DNA of 64,000 nt from an archaeon (GCA_018694115.1 JABHNB010000005.1:374-64373); one strand, 5' to 3'; shown: positions 9,867 through 19,839, counted from the first letter of the stretch. Notes: a model not told the origin generated them from the sequence alone. A program made the numbers and translations.

Positions 9867-10687
9867 ACTCACCATCAAGAGAATCAAAAACTCTCGATAG
9901 TCTGTCTCTTTTTATTGGAACTGGCGAATGTAATGCAAACTGTGCACACTGTGCTGGAAGGGCCCATAGAAAATATGCTCCAGAAGAAGATGGTATCCTT
10001 AACGAAGATCTAATTCGTCAAACTCTCGAAGACTGCCACAACCAGGGAGCAAGATATCTTTCTATAAGCAGCAGCGGAGAACCAACACTATCTCCAATCT
10101 CAATTACAAAAGTTCTCAGAATGACCGAAGAAATAAAACACTGTGGAATAAGCTATTCTCCAATAAATCTCTATTCAAATGGGATCCGAATCGGAGAGGA
10201 TCAACAGTTCTGCGATGATCACCTCCAATCCTGGAAGGATCTTGGACTTACAACTGTCTACATCACCGTGCATGATATTAATGAAAAGAAAAACGCAGAA
10301 GTTTATGGCGTAAAAAGCTACCCTCCCCTAGAAAAAGTAATTTCAAGAATCCATAAACCTGGCCTGTTAACAAGAGCAAATCTAGTTCTTAGCAAAAGAA
10401 CAATCCATTCTCCAGAAAAGTTCGCCCAAACAATCAATCATCTTCAAAAAATCGGAGTAGATTCAATCTCGGCCTGGCCAATCCGGGGACAAGATGATAC
10501 CTTGGATCCAAATCTCGCTCCAACCTCCGAAGAACTTGATCAAATGGGGGAATGGATCGGAAAAAGAGATCCCAAAAAAGGCAAAATCGTCCTACTTAGA
10601 GAAAACAGCCGAATCAAGTATAAAAATCGAGAAAAACTGACCTTGTTTCCTGATGGAACCCTATCGAATACTTGGTGTAACTATTAA
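9854..10687 (+). CDS. Radical SAM protein (copy 2 of tandem pair)
   Basis: CNANCAHC, SSGEPT, LYSNG, YITVH; ATG at 9854 overlaps copy 1. Confidence 0.9.
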   Translation: MYEVNSPSRESKTLDSLSLFIGTGECNANCAHCAGRAHRKYAPEEDGILNEDLIRQTLEDCHNQGARYLSISSSGEPTLSPISITKVLRMTEEIKHCGISYSPINLYSNGIRIGEDQQFCDDHLQSWKDLGLTTVYITVHDINEKKNAEVYGVKSYPPLEKVISRIHKPGLLTRANLVLSKRTIHSPEKFAQTINHLQKIGVDSISAWPIRGQDDTLDPNLAPTSEELDQMGEWIGKRDPKKGKIVLLRENSRIKYKNREKLTLFPDGTLSNTWCNY

Positions 10688-11316
10688 ATCTCTATAATTC
10701 TTCCTCTTCTTCCCACCTGAATAACTTTTGTCTTCCCAATCTTCTCTTCAATACCTTCGGCTTCATGAATATGTGCACTAATCAACAAATCTGGCTTAAA
10801 GTCCTTAACAGCTTTACTCAGGACCTTCTCCCCCGGAACACCAGAAAACTCTGCTGTCGTCCCATGTGCATGCAAGTGTGAAACTAAAATTCTCTTACCT
10901 GATTTCATCCTATCAAAATTTCTCTTAATTTCGGTTAGATCGGAATCATCTAGGCTAAGCTTCCAATTAGGACTGCCAATCCCGGCTATTCCAACATCTC
11001 CGTAGGTCACATAATAATTATGGATATTTTTCCCTCCTCGCTCCAAAACCCTACATTCATCATCAAAATCACAATTACCTGGCACAAAAACAATCTTCTG
11101 CCCAGCATCTTGAAAAGGTTTCAAGATTTTCTCATCACCCTTTGAATATCCATAAATATCTCCTGCCAAAACTACCAAATCAACCTTCTCCTTTTTACCC
11201 TTCTTCGCAAGCTTCTTCGCGATGTCTATATCTCCATGAATATCTCCTGCTGCGAGGATTTTGAGCTTTTTATCCGATTTCTTCTTGTCCTTCTTCTTTT
11301 CTCCAGTCTTTGCCAT
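10684..11316 (-). CDS. Metallophosphoesterase (calcineurin-like, Icc-related)
   Basis: GDIHG, LAGD, PGNCD, SH, AHIHE. Confidence 0.88.
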   Translation of the reverse strand: MAKTGEKKKDKKKSDKKLKILAAGDIHGDIDIAKKLAKKGKKEKVDLVVLAGDIYGYSKGDEKILKPFQDAGQKIVFVPGNCDFDDECRVLERGGKNIHNYYVTYGDVGIAGIGSPNWKLSLDDSDLTEIKRNFDRMKSGKRILVSHLHAHGTTAEFSGVPGEKVLSKAVKDFKPDLLISAHIHEAEGIEEKIGKTKVIQVGRRGRIIEI

Positions 11317-11364
11317 ATAAAACCCAATCAACACTTTTTTAAATAACTTCTCGTTTCCATTAAC

Positions 11365-13749
11365 ATGCCAAAACTATCCGAAATAAAGAATTGGAACATA
11401 GAGATAGAAACAGAAATAACAAAAAACTGGAAAGAGTCGGAACTTTATGCATTTAATCCTAAAACAAAGAAGAAAATTTATTCAATTGATACGCCCCCAC
11501 CATATGTTAACACTCCGATTCATATGGGGCACGCAGTAACTTATTGTTTCATGGATTTCTTTGCACGATATAGGAGAATGAAAGGAGAAGAAGTATTATT
11601 TCCGTTAGGGCTTGACAGAAACGGACTTCCAATCGAGATGGCAACAGAGAAAAAATACAAGATATCTCCATTCAAGGTTGGCAGAGAAAAATTCATGGAA
11701 TATTGTGAAAAACTTCTAAGTGAAGCATCTGTTGAGTCAATAGATTCTTTCGCAAAACTAGGAATCTCATTCTCCTCTTACAAAGAAGGAAAAGAAATCG
11801 GAGCAATCTACAACACAGATTCTCCAGAGTATAGAACACTTACTCAATCAACATTTATTGAACTATTCAAGAAAGGATTAATCTACGAAGACTCAAGAAT
11901 CAACAACTGGGATCCAAAACTTAGAACAACAATTGCAGATTCAGAAATAGACTATCTGGAAATAAACTCCAATTTCAACGATATCAAATGGACAATCAAA
12001 GAAACCGGAGAAGAAGTTGTTATTGGAACAACAAGACCCGAGTTAATTGCAACCTGCGGAATGGTTATTTACAATCCGAAGGATAAAAGATACAAACATC
12101 TTGAAGGTAAAACTGCAATCTCCCCGATCTTCGAGGAAGAAATCCCAATCAAAGCACACCCGCTAGCACAAATTGACAAAGGGACTGGGCTAGTTATGAT
12201 GTGTTCGGCAGGAGATCTGTCAGATATTCAATTCTTTAGAGAAATGAAGATAACTCCAAGAATAGCGATTGGACAAGATGGAAGGATGAACGAAAAGGCA
12301 GGAGTTCTTGAAGGATTAAAAGTTAAGGAAGCTAGAGAAAAGATAGTCGAACTAATCAAGGAAAAGGGTCTACTCGTAAAACAAGAGCAGATAACTCATA
12401 GAACTCCAATCTCTGAAAGATCAAAGGCAGAAATAGAATTCATCGAAATGCCAGAGTTCTATCTCAAACAAATGGATTTCAAGGATGACATGAGAAAAAC
12501 AATTAAGAAAATAAACTTCTACCCAAAAAACTCAAAGAAGATCCTTGACACTTGGATCGATTCAGTTTCGATTGATTGGCCAATTTCTAGAAGAAGATAT
12601 TATGCAACGCCAGTCCCCCTATGGTATTCGGATAATTTAATGGCTATCCCAAAAAAAGGGACATACGTAGAACCCTGGAAAACAAGTCCGCCAAAAGATG
12701 CTGAGGTAATCGATGCGAAAACAAAGAAAGTTCTAGGAACTGTAGCAGATTATCCAAAAAACAAATGGGAAGGGGAAGAAAGAGTTCTAGATACTTGGTT
12801 CGACTCTTCAATTTCTGAACTTAATATGCTCAAGTACCAATCAGACGACGAATTTTTCAAAAAAGCATATCCCGCAACACTTAGACCTCAAGGAAAAGAG
12901 ATCGTTAGAACTTGGCTATATTATACTGTCCTTCGAGGATTCCTAGAAACCGGAAAACCATGTTTTGAAGATACATGGATTCACCAACACATTCTTGATG
13001 GAAAAGGAAGGAAAATGTCCAAGTCTGCAGGAAACGTTATTGATCCTCAAGAAATTATGCGGGAAGATGGGGCAGAAGCACTGAGATTCTGGGCAGCAAC
13101 AGAAGGAGACTTGTCCAGGGGAGATTTTACATGTTCAAAAGAGAAGATAAAATCGGAAAAGAAAACTCTAAACAAACTTCTGAATGTTTCAAGATTTGTA
13201 ATGATGTTCGAAAAACCAAAAACAAAACCAACACTAGTCCCTCTAGACAAACTTTTCATAGAATATATTGAAGGCCTAACAAATAGATGCGATAAACTTT
13301 ACAAAGTTTACGATTTCAATCACCCTGCTCAAGAATTACGAAGATTCCTTTGGGATTTATTTGCATCAAATTATGTTGAGATGGTTAAGAACCGAGCTTA
13401 CAATGAAGAAGGGCAATTCACTAAGGATGAATCCAACTCAGCAAGATACACTCTCCATTTCCTACTTGAAAGATTCTTAACTTTAGTCTATCCGGTAATT
13501 CCCCAGATAACTACCGTAATCGCAAAAGAAAAGGGAATAGATCTTTTGACTGCTGAATGGCCAAAGGCAGAAAAAGCAGATCTCAAAAAGAGCACAGAAA
13601 CAATAGAAAAGATAATGATTTTCAACGGAGAAGTGTGGAAAGCCAAAAAAGAAAAGTCTATCTCCCTCCGAGAACCCATAGAAGGGATCAAGATCCCAAA
13701 AGATCTCAAACCATTCGAAAAAGATCTCAAGGCATGCCATAAGATTTGA
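11365..13749 (+). CDS. valS: Valine--tRNA ligase
   Basis: IDTPPP, HMGH, DWPISR, DTWFDS, KMSKS; archaeal-type without C-terminal coiled coil. Confidence 0.93.
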   Translation: MPKLSEIKNWNIEIETEITKNWKESELYAFNPKTKKKIYSIDTPPPYVNTPIHMGHAVTYCFMDFFARYRRMKGEEVLFPLGLDRNGLPIEMATEKKYKISPFKVGREKFMEYCEKLLSEASVESIDSFAKLGISFSSYKEGKEIGAIYNTDSPEYRTLTQSTFIELFKKGLIYEDSRINNWDPKLRTTIADSEIDYLEINSNFNDIKWTIKETGEEVVIGTTRPELIATCGMVIYNPKDKRYKHLEGKTAISPIFEEEIPIKAHPLAQIDKGTGLVMMCSAGDLSDIQFFREMKITPRIAIGQDGRMNEKAGVLEGLKVKEAREKIVELIKEKGLLVKQEQITHRTPISERSKAEIEFIEMPEFYLKQMDFKDDMRKTIKKINFYPKNSKKILDTWIDSVSIDWPISRRRYYATPVPLWYSDNLMAIPKKGTYVEPWKTSPPKDAEVIDAKTKKVLGTVADYPKNKWEGEERVLDTWFDSSISELNMLKYQSDDEFFKKAYPATLRPQGKEIVRTWLYYTVLRGFLETGKPCFEDTWIHQHILDGKGRKMSKSAGNVIDPQEIMREDGAEALRFWAATEGDLSRGDFTCSKEKIKSEKKTLNKLLNVSRFVMMFEKPKTKPTLVPLDKLFIEYIEGLTNRCDKLYKVYDFNHPAQELRRFLWDLFASNYVEMVKNRAYNEEGQFTKDESNSARYTLHFLLERFLTLVYPVIPQITTVIAKEKGIDLLTAEWPKAEKADLKKSTETIEKIMIFNGEVWKAKKEKSISLREPIEGIKIPKDLKPFEKDLKACHKI

Positions 13750-13801
13750 TTATATTCTCCGCAACAACAATTCTTTTTAACTCCAGATAACTAATAATTC
13801 T

Positions 13802-14491
13802 ATGAAAACAATAGATCGTAGTGATTTTGATACAATCCCATCTAGTGGATTTATGAAATCAATGGGCCAAAGGACTCGAGAACTTGAAAGAGTATTAGAA
13901 GAATTAAAAGACGCCCAATCAGAACGAAGTGTACTACTTCACCAAGCCCCATGCAAGATAAAGTTTAATCGTTCTGGGGAACCCGTAGCAGAAGATTTTT
14001 CATTAGGTACTGGATATGAAGTTCAGGCACTCGAAAGGTTTAGTGGATGGTATAGCTATCCCGGGCAACCAGATGGGGGGAGAATGGAATATTCACTTTT
14101 TGTTCAACCCAATTTTGATGTAAGACTTTCTCCAAGGGAATCAAAAAGAGTAATTATCCGTCCAAAAGACTTCGATATTATTGTCCCGGATCTTACTCTC
14201 TACAAGGCAGAAGTTGGAGTTACTAGGGGAGAAAATGGAGAAATGATTTATGCTAGGAATTTTAGCGAAAGGGATACCCCTGGATTGTCCAATACAAGAT
14301 TATTCCTTAGGGAAAGAAAAGCATCAGAAAGCCTTATAGAAATGATCGGAGAACAAGAAGAACCCGTAGAAGGCGTCCCCAAAATAAAACGGAGTTTCAT
14401 GGGGTTTCTTTTAGAGAAGCAAACTGCCCAATTACAACGCCAACACGAAGAAGAACTTAAAGACGCCGCAGTAAATTTAGGTCTTGAATAA
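13802..14491 (+). CDS. hypothetical protein (resembles 8479..9000)
   Basis: 229-aa ORF with upstream TATA-like box. Confidence 0.7.
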   Translation: MKTIDRSDFDTIPSSGFMKSMGQRTRELERVLEELKDAQSERSVLLHQAPCKIKFNRSGEPVAEDFSLGTGYEVQALERFSGWYSYPGQPDGGRMEYSLFVQPNFDVRLSPRESKRVIIRPKDFDIIVPDLTLYKAEVGVTRGENGEMIYARNFSERDTPGLSNTRLFLRERKASESLIEMIGEQEEPVEGVPKIKRSFMGFLLEKQTAQLQRQHEEELKDAAVNLGLE

Positions 14492-14505
14492 CCCCCCTAT
14501 CAACT

Positions 14506-14513
14506 TTTATAAA
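14506..14513 (+). promoter_or_regulatory. TATA box of a near-leaderless archaeal promoter (representative example)
   Basis: TTTATAAA ending 21 nt before the aRF1 ATG; similar boxes precede many genes in the window. Confidence 0.6.
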
Positions 14514-14534
14514 TACCCCTTATATTGATATACT

Positions 14535-15629
14535 ATGGATGAAGCACAAAAATTTGAACTTGAAAGTACCGTTGAAGAACTGGAAGGCTACCGTGGAAGA
14601 CACACTGAGCTGATCACAGTTTTGGTCCCAGCAGGAGCTACACTAACTCAAACTACAAAACAACTTGAAGACGAAAAAGGGACTGCAACAAACATCAAAT
14701 CAACGGCAACAAGGAAGAATGTTATTAATTCTCTAGAGCGAGCAATAAGAAAGTTAAAAGAAATTGGAAGAACGCCAAAAAATGGACTAGCAGTTTATGC
14801 TGGAAACGTAACCATGGCAGATGGAAAAGAATCTCTTGAAGTCTGGGCAATTGAACCTCCAAAACCACTTAAGGTAAAAATTTATCGATGTGACCAGACA
14901 TTCATTGTAGATCCACTAAAAGAGATGCTTGAAACTGATGAAGTCTATGGTCTTTTGATAATTGAGAGAAACGAAGCATCAATTGGAATTCTAGATGGGA
15001 GATCAATAAGGCAACTCGATCATATGACTTCTGGAATCCCCGGAAAGACAAGGGCTGGAGGACAATCCGCACAGAGATTCGCCAGAATCAGAGAAAGTGC
15101 AGCAAAGGAGTTCTTCAAAAGAGTTGCAGAAAATATGAAAAAACATTTTTGGGACAACAAAAAGTTGAAAGGAATTCTAGTCGGGGGGCCGATTCCAACA
15201 AAAGACGAATTTCTGGATCAAGGCCAATTAGTGACCGCACTTAAAAATAAGGTTATCGCAGTAAAGGATATTGGGGGCACTGGAATGCACGGGTTAAAAG
15301 AATTAGTGCTCCGATGCGAAGATGTCTTGGCAGAACAAGAGATCACAAAGCAAAAACAAATTCTAGATGAATTCTTTGAGAGATTAGCAAAAGAGCCTAA
15401 CAAGGTTTCATATGGGGAAGCAGAAATCGAAGATAGATTAAATAGGGGGGCGGTAGACAAACTAATAATTTCAAAGACCCTCCCTAGAGAAAAGATAAAG
15501 GTTCTTGAAAAATTAGCAAAAGCATCTTCAACAGAAATCCACCTTGTAACAAAAGAGACCGCAGAAGGAGTACAATTCGATAATCTCGGAGGAGTCGGCG
15601 GATTACTGAGATTTGAGATTCACGATTAA
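14535..15629 (+). CDS. prf1: Peptide chain release factor aRF1
   Basis: NIKS, YRCD and GGQS motifs. Confidence 0.96.
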   Translation: MDEAQKFELESTVEELEGYRGRHTELITVLVPAGATLTQTTKQLEDEKGTATNIKSTATRKNVINSLERAIRKLKEIGRTPKNGLAVYAGNVTMADGKESLEVWAIEPPKPLKVKIYRCDQTFIVDPLKEMLETDEVYGLLIIERNEASIGILDGRSIRQLDHMTSGIPGKTRAGGQSAQRFARIRESAAKEFFKRVAENMKKHFWDNKKLKGILVGGPIPTKDEFLDQGQLVTALKNKVIAVKDIGGTGMHGLKELVLRCEDVLAEQEITKQKQILDEFFERLAKEPNKVSYGEAEIEDRLNRGAVDKLIISKTLPREKIKVLEKLAKASSTEIHLVTKETAEGVQFDNLGGVGGLLRFEIHD

Positions 15630-15632
15630 AAC

Positions 15633-16454
15633 ATGGAAGAACAAAAAGGGGAAACAGTAGAAATTGCACCCGGCACTGCCGTTTCAGAAGAACCCGAAAA
15701 AAAAGAGGAACCAGAACCCCAAGAAGAAACCTATGATCAATCTACTGAAGAAGTACCTGAGCCGAAGAAATGCGGACCAGAACCCTCTGAAGAACCCTAT
15801 GACCAATCTACCGAAGAAGCTCCAGAACCAAAAACATGCGAGCCAGACTCAGAGCCAGAATCCTCAAATGCCCCAAAAATTATTACAGGGTCTACCGCAG
15901 CAGAAATTGAAACCGAATTTGAAGATAAAGAAAGAGAAAATGAAGGAAAAGTTGAGGCGGCCCTATTCATTTCTGGGCGTTTTTTAAATTTGCAAGAATT
16001 AATTATGCTTACTGACATCAACCCAATCATGCTTAAAGAAATTCTTAACCGTCTAGAAAAGAAACACTCTATGGGTGCAGTACGTATTGTTGCAAGAAAC
16101 CAATCTTGGAAAATGGATGTGGCAGAGAAATATCATTATCTAATCAATAAACTCGCAACTGGAAATGCAGAATTCACAAAAGCAGAACAAGAAACTCTTG
16201 CAATCATCGCATACAAACAACCAATCAAACAGTCCGTAATAATCAAAATCCGAGGAAACAAGGCATACGATCACATAAAAAAATTCAGAGAAATTGGCCT
16301 AGTAACTGCAAAACGAGTAGGCCATACCCTTGAGTTAAATTTATCAGAAGAATTTTATGAATATTTCAATGTTCATAAAAGAGAAGGTGGCGCTACAATA
16401 GAAGAAAATAAACCTTCTGGGGAAGAAGGTCCCAAAGACAATGGAACTAATTAG
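15633..16454 (+). CDS. scpB: SMC-Scp complex subunit ScpB with acidic N-terminal extension
   Basis: VEAALF, ETLAIIAYKQPI, IIKIRG, EFYEYF. Confidence 0.9.
   Translation: MEEQKGETVEIAPGTAVSEEPEKKEEPEPQEETYDQSTEEVPEPKKCGPEPSEEPYDQSTEEAPEPKTCEPDSEPESSNAPKIITGSTAAEIETEFEDKERENEGKVEAALFISGRFLNLQELIMLTDINPIMLKEILNRLEKKHSMGAVRIVARNQSWKMDVAEKYHYLINKLATGNAEFTKAEQETLAIIAYKQPIKQSVIIKIRGNKAYDHIKKFREIGLVTAKRVGHTLELNLSEEFYEYFNVHKREGGATIEENKPSGEEGPKDNGTN
15723..15854 (+). repeat. Imperfect 66-bp tandem duplication (2 copies) in scpB N-terminus
   Basis: gaagaaacctatgatcaatctactgaagaag (15723) versus gaagaaccctatgaccaatctaccgaagaag (15789). Confidence 0.85.
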
Positions 16455-17682
16455 CATAGTAATTTACCTCTCAGTCTATATCGGCCTAGTAGCAACTTCC
16501 TTCTATGCCCTAAGTTTCTTTGCAGATAAGAAAAAAGAGAAATTATTATACTCAGATGACGAACTTCCAAAAACAACGGTAATTATCCCTGCATTAAATG
16601 AAGAAAAATCCGTCAAGAGAACTCTGGATTCAATTTTAGCATCAGACTACCCTAAGGATAAACTAGAAATCATTTTTGTTGATGACGGGAGCACAGATAA
16701 AACATTAAGCATTGCCAAGAAGTTCCAAAGTAAACAAGTTAGGGTATTTACGAAGAAAAATGGGGGAAAGGGGTCTGCATTGAACCTGGCGATAAAGAAA
16801 AGTCGTGGGGAAGTGATCTTTACCATGGATGCAGATACATTTGTTGAACCTCACTGTGTTAAGGAAATGGTTCGTTATTTCAAGGACAAAAAAGTAATGT
16901 CTGTAATTCCCTCGATGTTAACTCACAAACCAAAAGGAATTCTTCAAAGAATCCAACAAGCAGAGTATCTTTTTGGCCTATTTATTCGTAAAGCCTTCTC
17001 TTCGGTGAATGCCGTCCACATTACTCCAGGGGCCTTCTCGGCTTACCGAAAAACATTCTTTGATAAATACGGGGGATATGATGAAACAAATATCACTGAA
17101 GATCTTGAGATGTCATTAAGAATCCAATATCAAGGATTTACCATAGAGTATGCCCCAAATGCTCCAGTTTACACAATTGCCCCAAACAAATTCATGCCCC
17201 TCCTGGTCCAAAGACGAAGATGGTACACCGGATTGATGAGGAATACCTGGAAATACAAGGGGATGTTTAGTCCAAAATATGGGGATCTTGGCCTTTTCAT
17301 TCTCCCACTTGCATGGATAAGCATCTTCTTCTCAGTTTTTACTGTAACCTACCTTGCAATAAAGACATTATTTAGGATCCAAGCTGAATTATTATTCCTC
17401 AGCAATATACAGTTTGATTTTCTCAGTTCGGTAAGTATCAATGCCTATGTAATAGAAAGATTTCTATTTCAATTCTTTACAAATCCGATTGTAATCTTCC
17501 TACTTTTCTTCCTAGTAATCTTAGCAGTATATCTCAGATATGCAGCTAAATATGTTGGAAAAATAACTGGGCTTACAATAACTTTACCCCTATTTTTCAT
17601 GTTCTTCGCACTTCTTTTCGGCTTTTGGTGGCTAATTTCAATTTTCTATGTCATGTTTAACAGAAAGGTGGTCTGGCGATAA
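16441..17682 (+). CDS. Processive GT2 glycosyltransferase (cellulose synthase/PgaC-like)
   Basis: DDGSTD, MDAD, TED, QRRRW, flanking TM helices. Confidence 0.9.
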   Translation: MELISIVIYLSVYIGLVATSFYALSFFADKKKEKLLYSDDELPKTTVIIPALNEEKSVKRTLDSILASDYPKDKLEIIFVDDGSTDKTLSIAKKFQSKQVRVFTKKNGGKGSALNLAIKKSRGEVIFTMDADTFVEPHCVKEMVRYFKDKKVMSVIPSMLTHKPKGILQRIQQAEYLFGLFIRKAFSSVNAVHITPGAFSAYRKTFFDKYGGYDETNITEDLEMSLRIQYQGFTIEYAPNAPVYTIAPNKFMPLLVQRRRWYTGLMRNTWKYKGMFSPKYGDLGLFILPLAWISIFFSVFTVTYLAIKTLFRIQAELLFLSNIQFDFLSSVSINAYVIERFLFQFFTNPIVIFLLFFLVILAVYLRYAAKYVGKITGLTITLPLFFMFFALLFGFWWLISIFYVMFNRKVVWR

Positions 17683-17712
17683 CAATATAAACATCCCAAG
17701 GTAATAATAAAA

Positions 17713-18363
17713 ATGATCGAAAGAAAAGTTCAAAGCAAAAAGAGATATGTACTCGCATTCATTATCGGGACTGCAATTTTTATTTTAGGATTTGCAATCA
17801 CAAATACCTTAGCATATATGGAATTCCAGAGAATCTCCGGATTACAGGATCCAATTTCATATAAGATATTTCAAGATAAACTTCAATTCTCTTTATTCAA
17901 TAAGGACATCTGTAAGGAAGATTCATACCTTAAGATCTCAGAAGATCTGGGGTTCCAGGGGAGGATTATAGACGATCTAGAAAGAAAATTTGGGAAGAAT
18001 GATGAGAAAGTCCTCTTTAGGAAGAGATTCTATTCCTTGATAGAGTTAGAACATTTTGAATTCGTGAAACTTCTAAATCAAGAATGTGATACTGAAATTA
18101 ATACAATTCTTTTCTTTTACTCAAATGAGGAAAAAGATTCCGAAGAGGCCGTAGAAATTGGAAGGATTTTGGGAGTAGTTCATCAAAGAAACAGAAATCT
18201 TACAATTTATTCATTTGATATGAACTTAGATAGTGAAATTGTAAAATCTTTAATGGAGAAGCATGAAATTGCGGGAGAAATGGCAATTGTAGTCAATGAG
18301 GGCTCAAAGATTGTCTCTCCAAGAAACATTGCACAGATAGAATCGGGTTTAGTGGCTGAATAA
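17713..18363 (+). CDS. Membrane-anchored hypothetical protein
   Basis: N-terminal TM helix; possible thioredoxin-like C-terminal domain without CxxC. Confidence 0.7.
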   Translation: MIERKVQSKKRYVLAFIIGTAIFILGFAITNTLAYMEFQRISGLQDPISYKIFQDKLQFSLFNKDICKEDSYLKISEDLGFQGRIIDDLERKFGKNDEKVLFRKRFYSLIELEHFEFVKLLNQECDTEINTILFFYSNEEKDSEEAVEIGRILGVVHQRNRNLTIYSFDMNLDSEIVKSLMEKHEIAGEMAIVVNEGSKIVSPRNIAQIESGLVAE

Positions 18364-18416
18364 CATATACATCCCACACCAATAATACTTAAAAATCTCT
18401 TTTTATTTCTCGAATT

Positions 18417-19280
18417 ATGAATCGTTGTATAGTATGTAAAAAGACGTGCGAAGAGACCGAATTATATGAAGGAATCTTTGAGAGCGGAATGGTACTAATT
18501 TGTAAAACTTGTGCTGAAGAAGAAAAAATTCCCCTAATAAAAAAACCTTCTAGTGATCAGCTTCAGAAGGCCGATAAAAGATACTCTGTTAGGGAAAGAA
18601 TGGAGCACCTATCCGGGATGCGAGATGCCACAGAGATCGGAGGAGAACAAACCAATATTCAAAAAAATCTTGCAAGATTAAAGATGCCCGATAAAAAGCA
18701 ACAACACGAAGACGTTTCAAATAATTATTACTGGGAACTAAATATGGCGCGTAGGAGAAAAAAGCTTTCAATTAGGCAATTGGCTGAGCTAATAAAAATT
18801 GATGCAAGTATTCTATATTCTATTGAAAGTGGTAAAATTCCAGAAAACTTCGAAGAAATCTTTCTAAAGCTAGAATCTTTTCTAGGGCTAAAATTACTAA
18901 AGAACCATAAGAAGAAAATCAGTTTTACTAGAACCATTGATGAGGAAAAGGAAATTTTGAGTTCAGTAAGGAAAAGAATGGGCGAGCGTTTAGTGGGGGA
19001 AGGAGAAGATGGGGAAGAGGACCTAGTTGGAGAAATAGAAAATACCATTAAAGTAATAAAGAAAGTCCAAAAATCTGAAGAATCAAAGAATGACAAAATT
19101 ATCAAACTTAGAAACGGAGAAATTGATATGTCCAAGAGGGAAAACCTAAGCGATATAACCCTCAATGATCTTGTAGAAATCAAAAAGCAAAGAGAAGAGC
19201 AAGAGCAAGAAATTAAGGTACAAAAACAAAATTCTACAATGTTCGGCGATGATCTGGAGCTAGATATTGACGAGGTTTAA
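18417..19280 (+). CDS. aMBF1-like protein (Zn ribbon plus Cro-type HTH) with C-terminal extension
   Basis: CIVC...CKTC; ARRRKKLSIRQLAELIKI...IESGKIP. Confidence 0.75.
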   Translation: MNRCIVCKKTCEETELYEGIFESGMVLICKTCAEEEKIPLIKKPSSDQLQKADKRYSVRERMEHLSGMRDATEIGGEQTNIQKNLARLKMPDKKQQHEDVSNNYYWELNMARRRKKLSIRQLAELIKIDASILYSIESGKIPENFEEIFLKLESFLGLKLLKNHKKKISFTRTIDEEKEILSSVRKRMGERLVGEGEDGEEDLVGEIENTIKVIKKVQKSEESKNDKIIKLRNGEIDMSKRENLSDITLNDLVEIKKQREEQEQEIKVQKQNSTMFGDDLELDIDEV

Positions 19281-19796
19281 ATGGCAGGCAAGGTTATCCT
19301 CCCACCAAACTATCCCAATGATCCATTAATCTTTCTAGCAGGACCCATTCAAGGCGCCCCAGAATGGCATGATCCCGCAATCAGAATTATTCATGCAAAA
19401 GACTTAGAGATAAATATTGCGTCTCCAAGTCGGAGTGTAAGCGAGGAATATCTGAATCAGAACCTCGCAAAATTCGGAAATAGGTTTCCGGAGCAGGTTG
19501 ACTGGGAGAGTAAACACCTAAGGCAAGCTGCAGATCATGGAGCAATACTTTTCTGGATGCCTAAGGAGAAGACCCATTTTTGCGAAAGGGCGTATGCACA
19601 AACAACTCGTTTTGAATTAGGGGAATGGGCAACAAAGTCCAAATATGGAAAATGTGATCTGGCAGTAGGAATTCAGCCAGGATTCCCTGGAGAAAGCTAT
19701 ATTAGAAGAAGATTACATCAGGATCTTCCAGACTTAAAAATTCACATAACACTAAGAGAAACTTGCTGGGATGCAATTGAAAAAGCAAGAAGTTAG
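19281..19796 (+). CDS. Nucleoside 2-deoxyribosyltransferase-like protein
   Basis: IFLAGPI, W, QVDWE, ILFW, TTRFELGE. Confidence 0.82.
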   Translation: MAGKVILPPNYPNDPLIFLAGPIQGAPEWHDPAIRIIHAKDLEINIASPSRSVSEEYLNQNLAKFGNRFPEQVDWESKHLRQAADHGAILFWMPKEKTHFCERAYAQTTRFELGEWATKSKYGKCDLAVGIQPGFPGESYIRRRLHQDLPDLKIHITLRETCWDAIEKARS

Positions 19797-19839
19797 TCCT
19801 TATCGGCAGGGTTATATAGGCAAAGAAATTTGAAAAATT

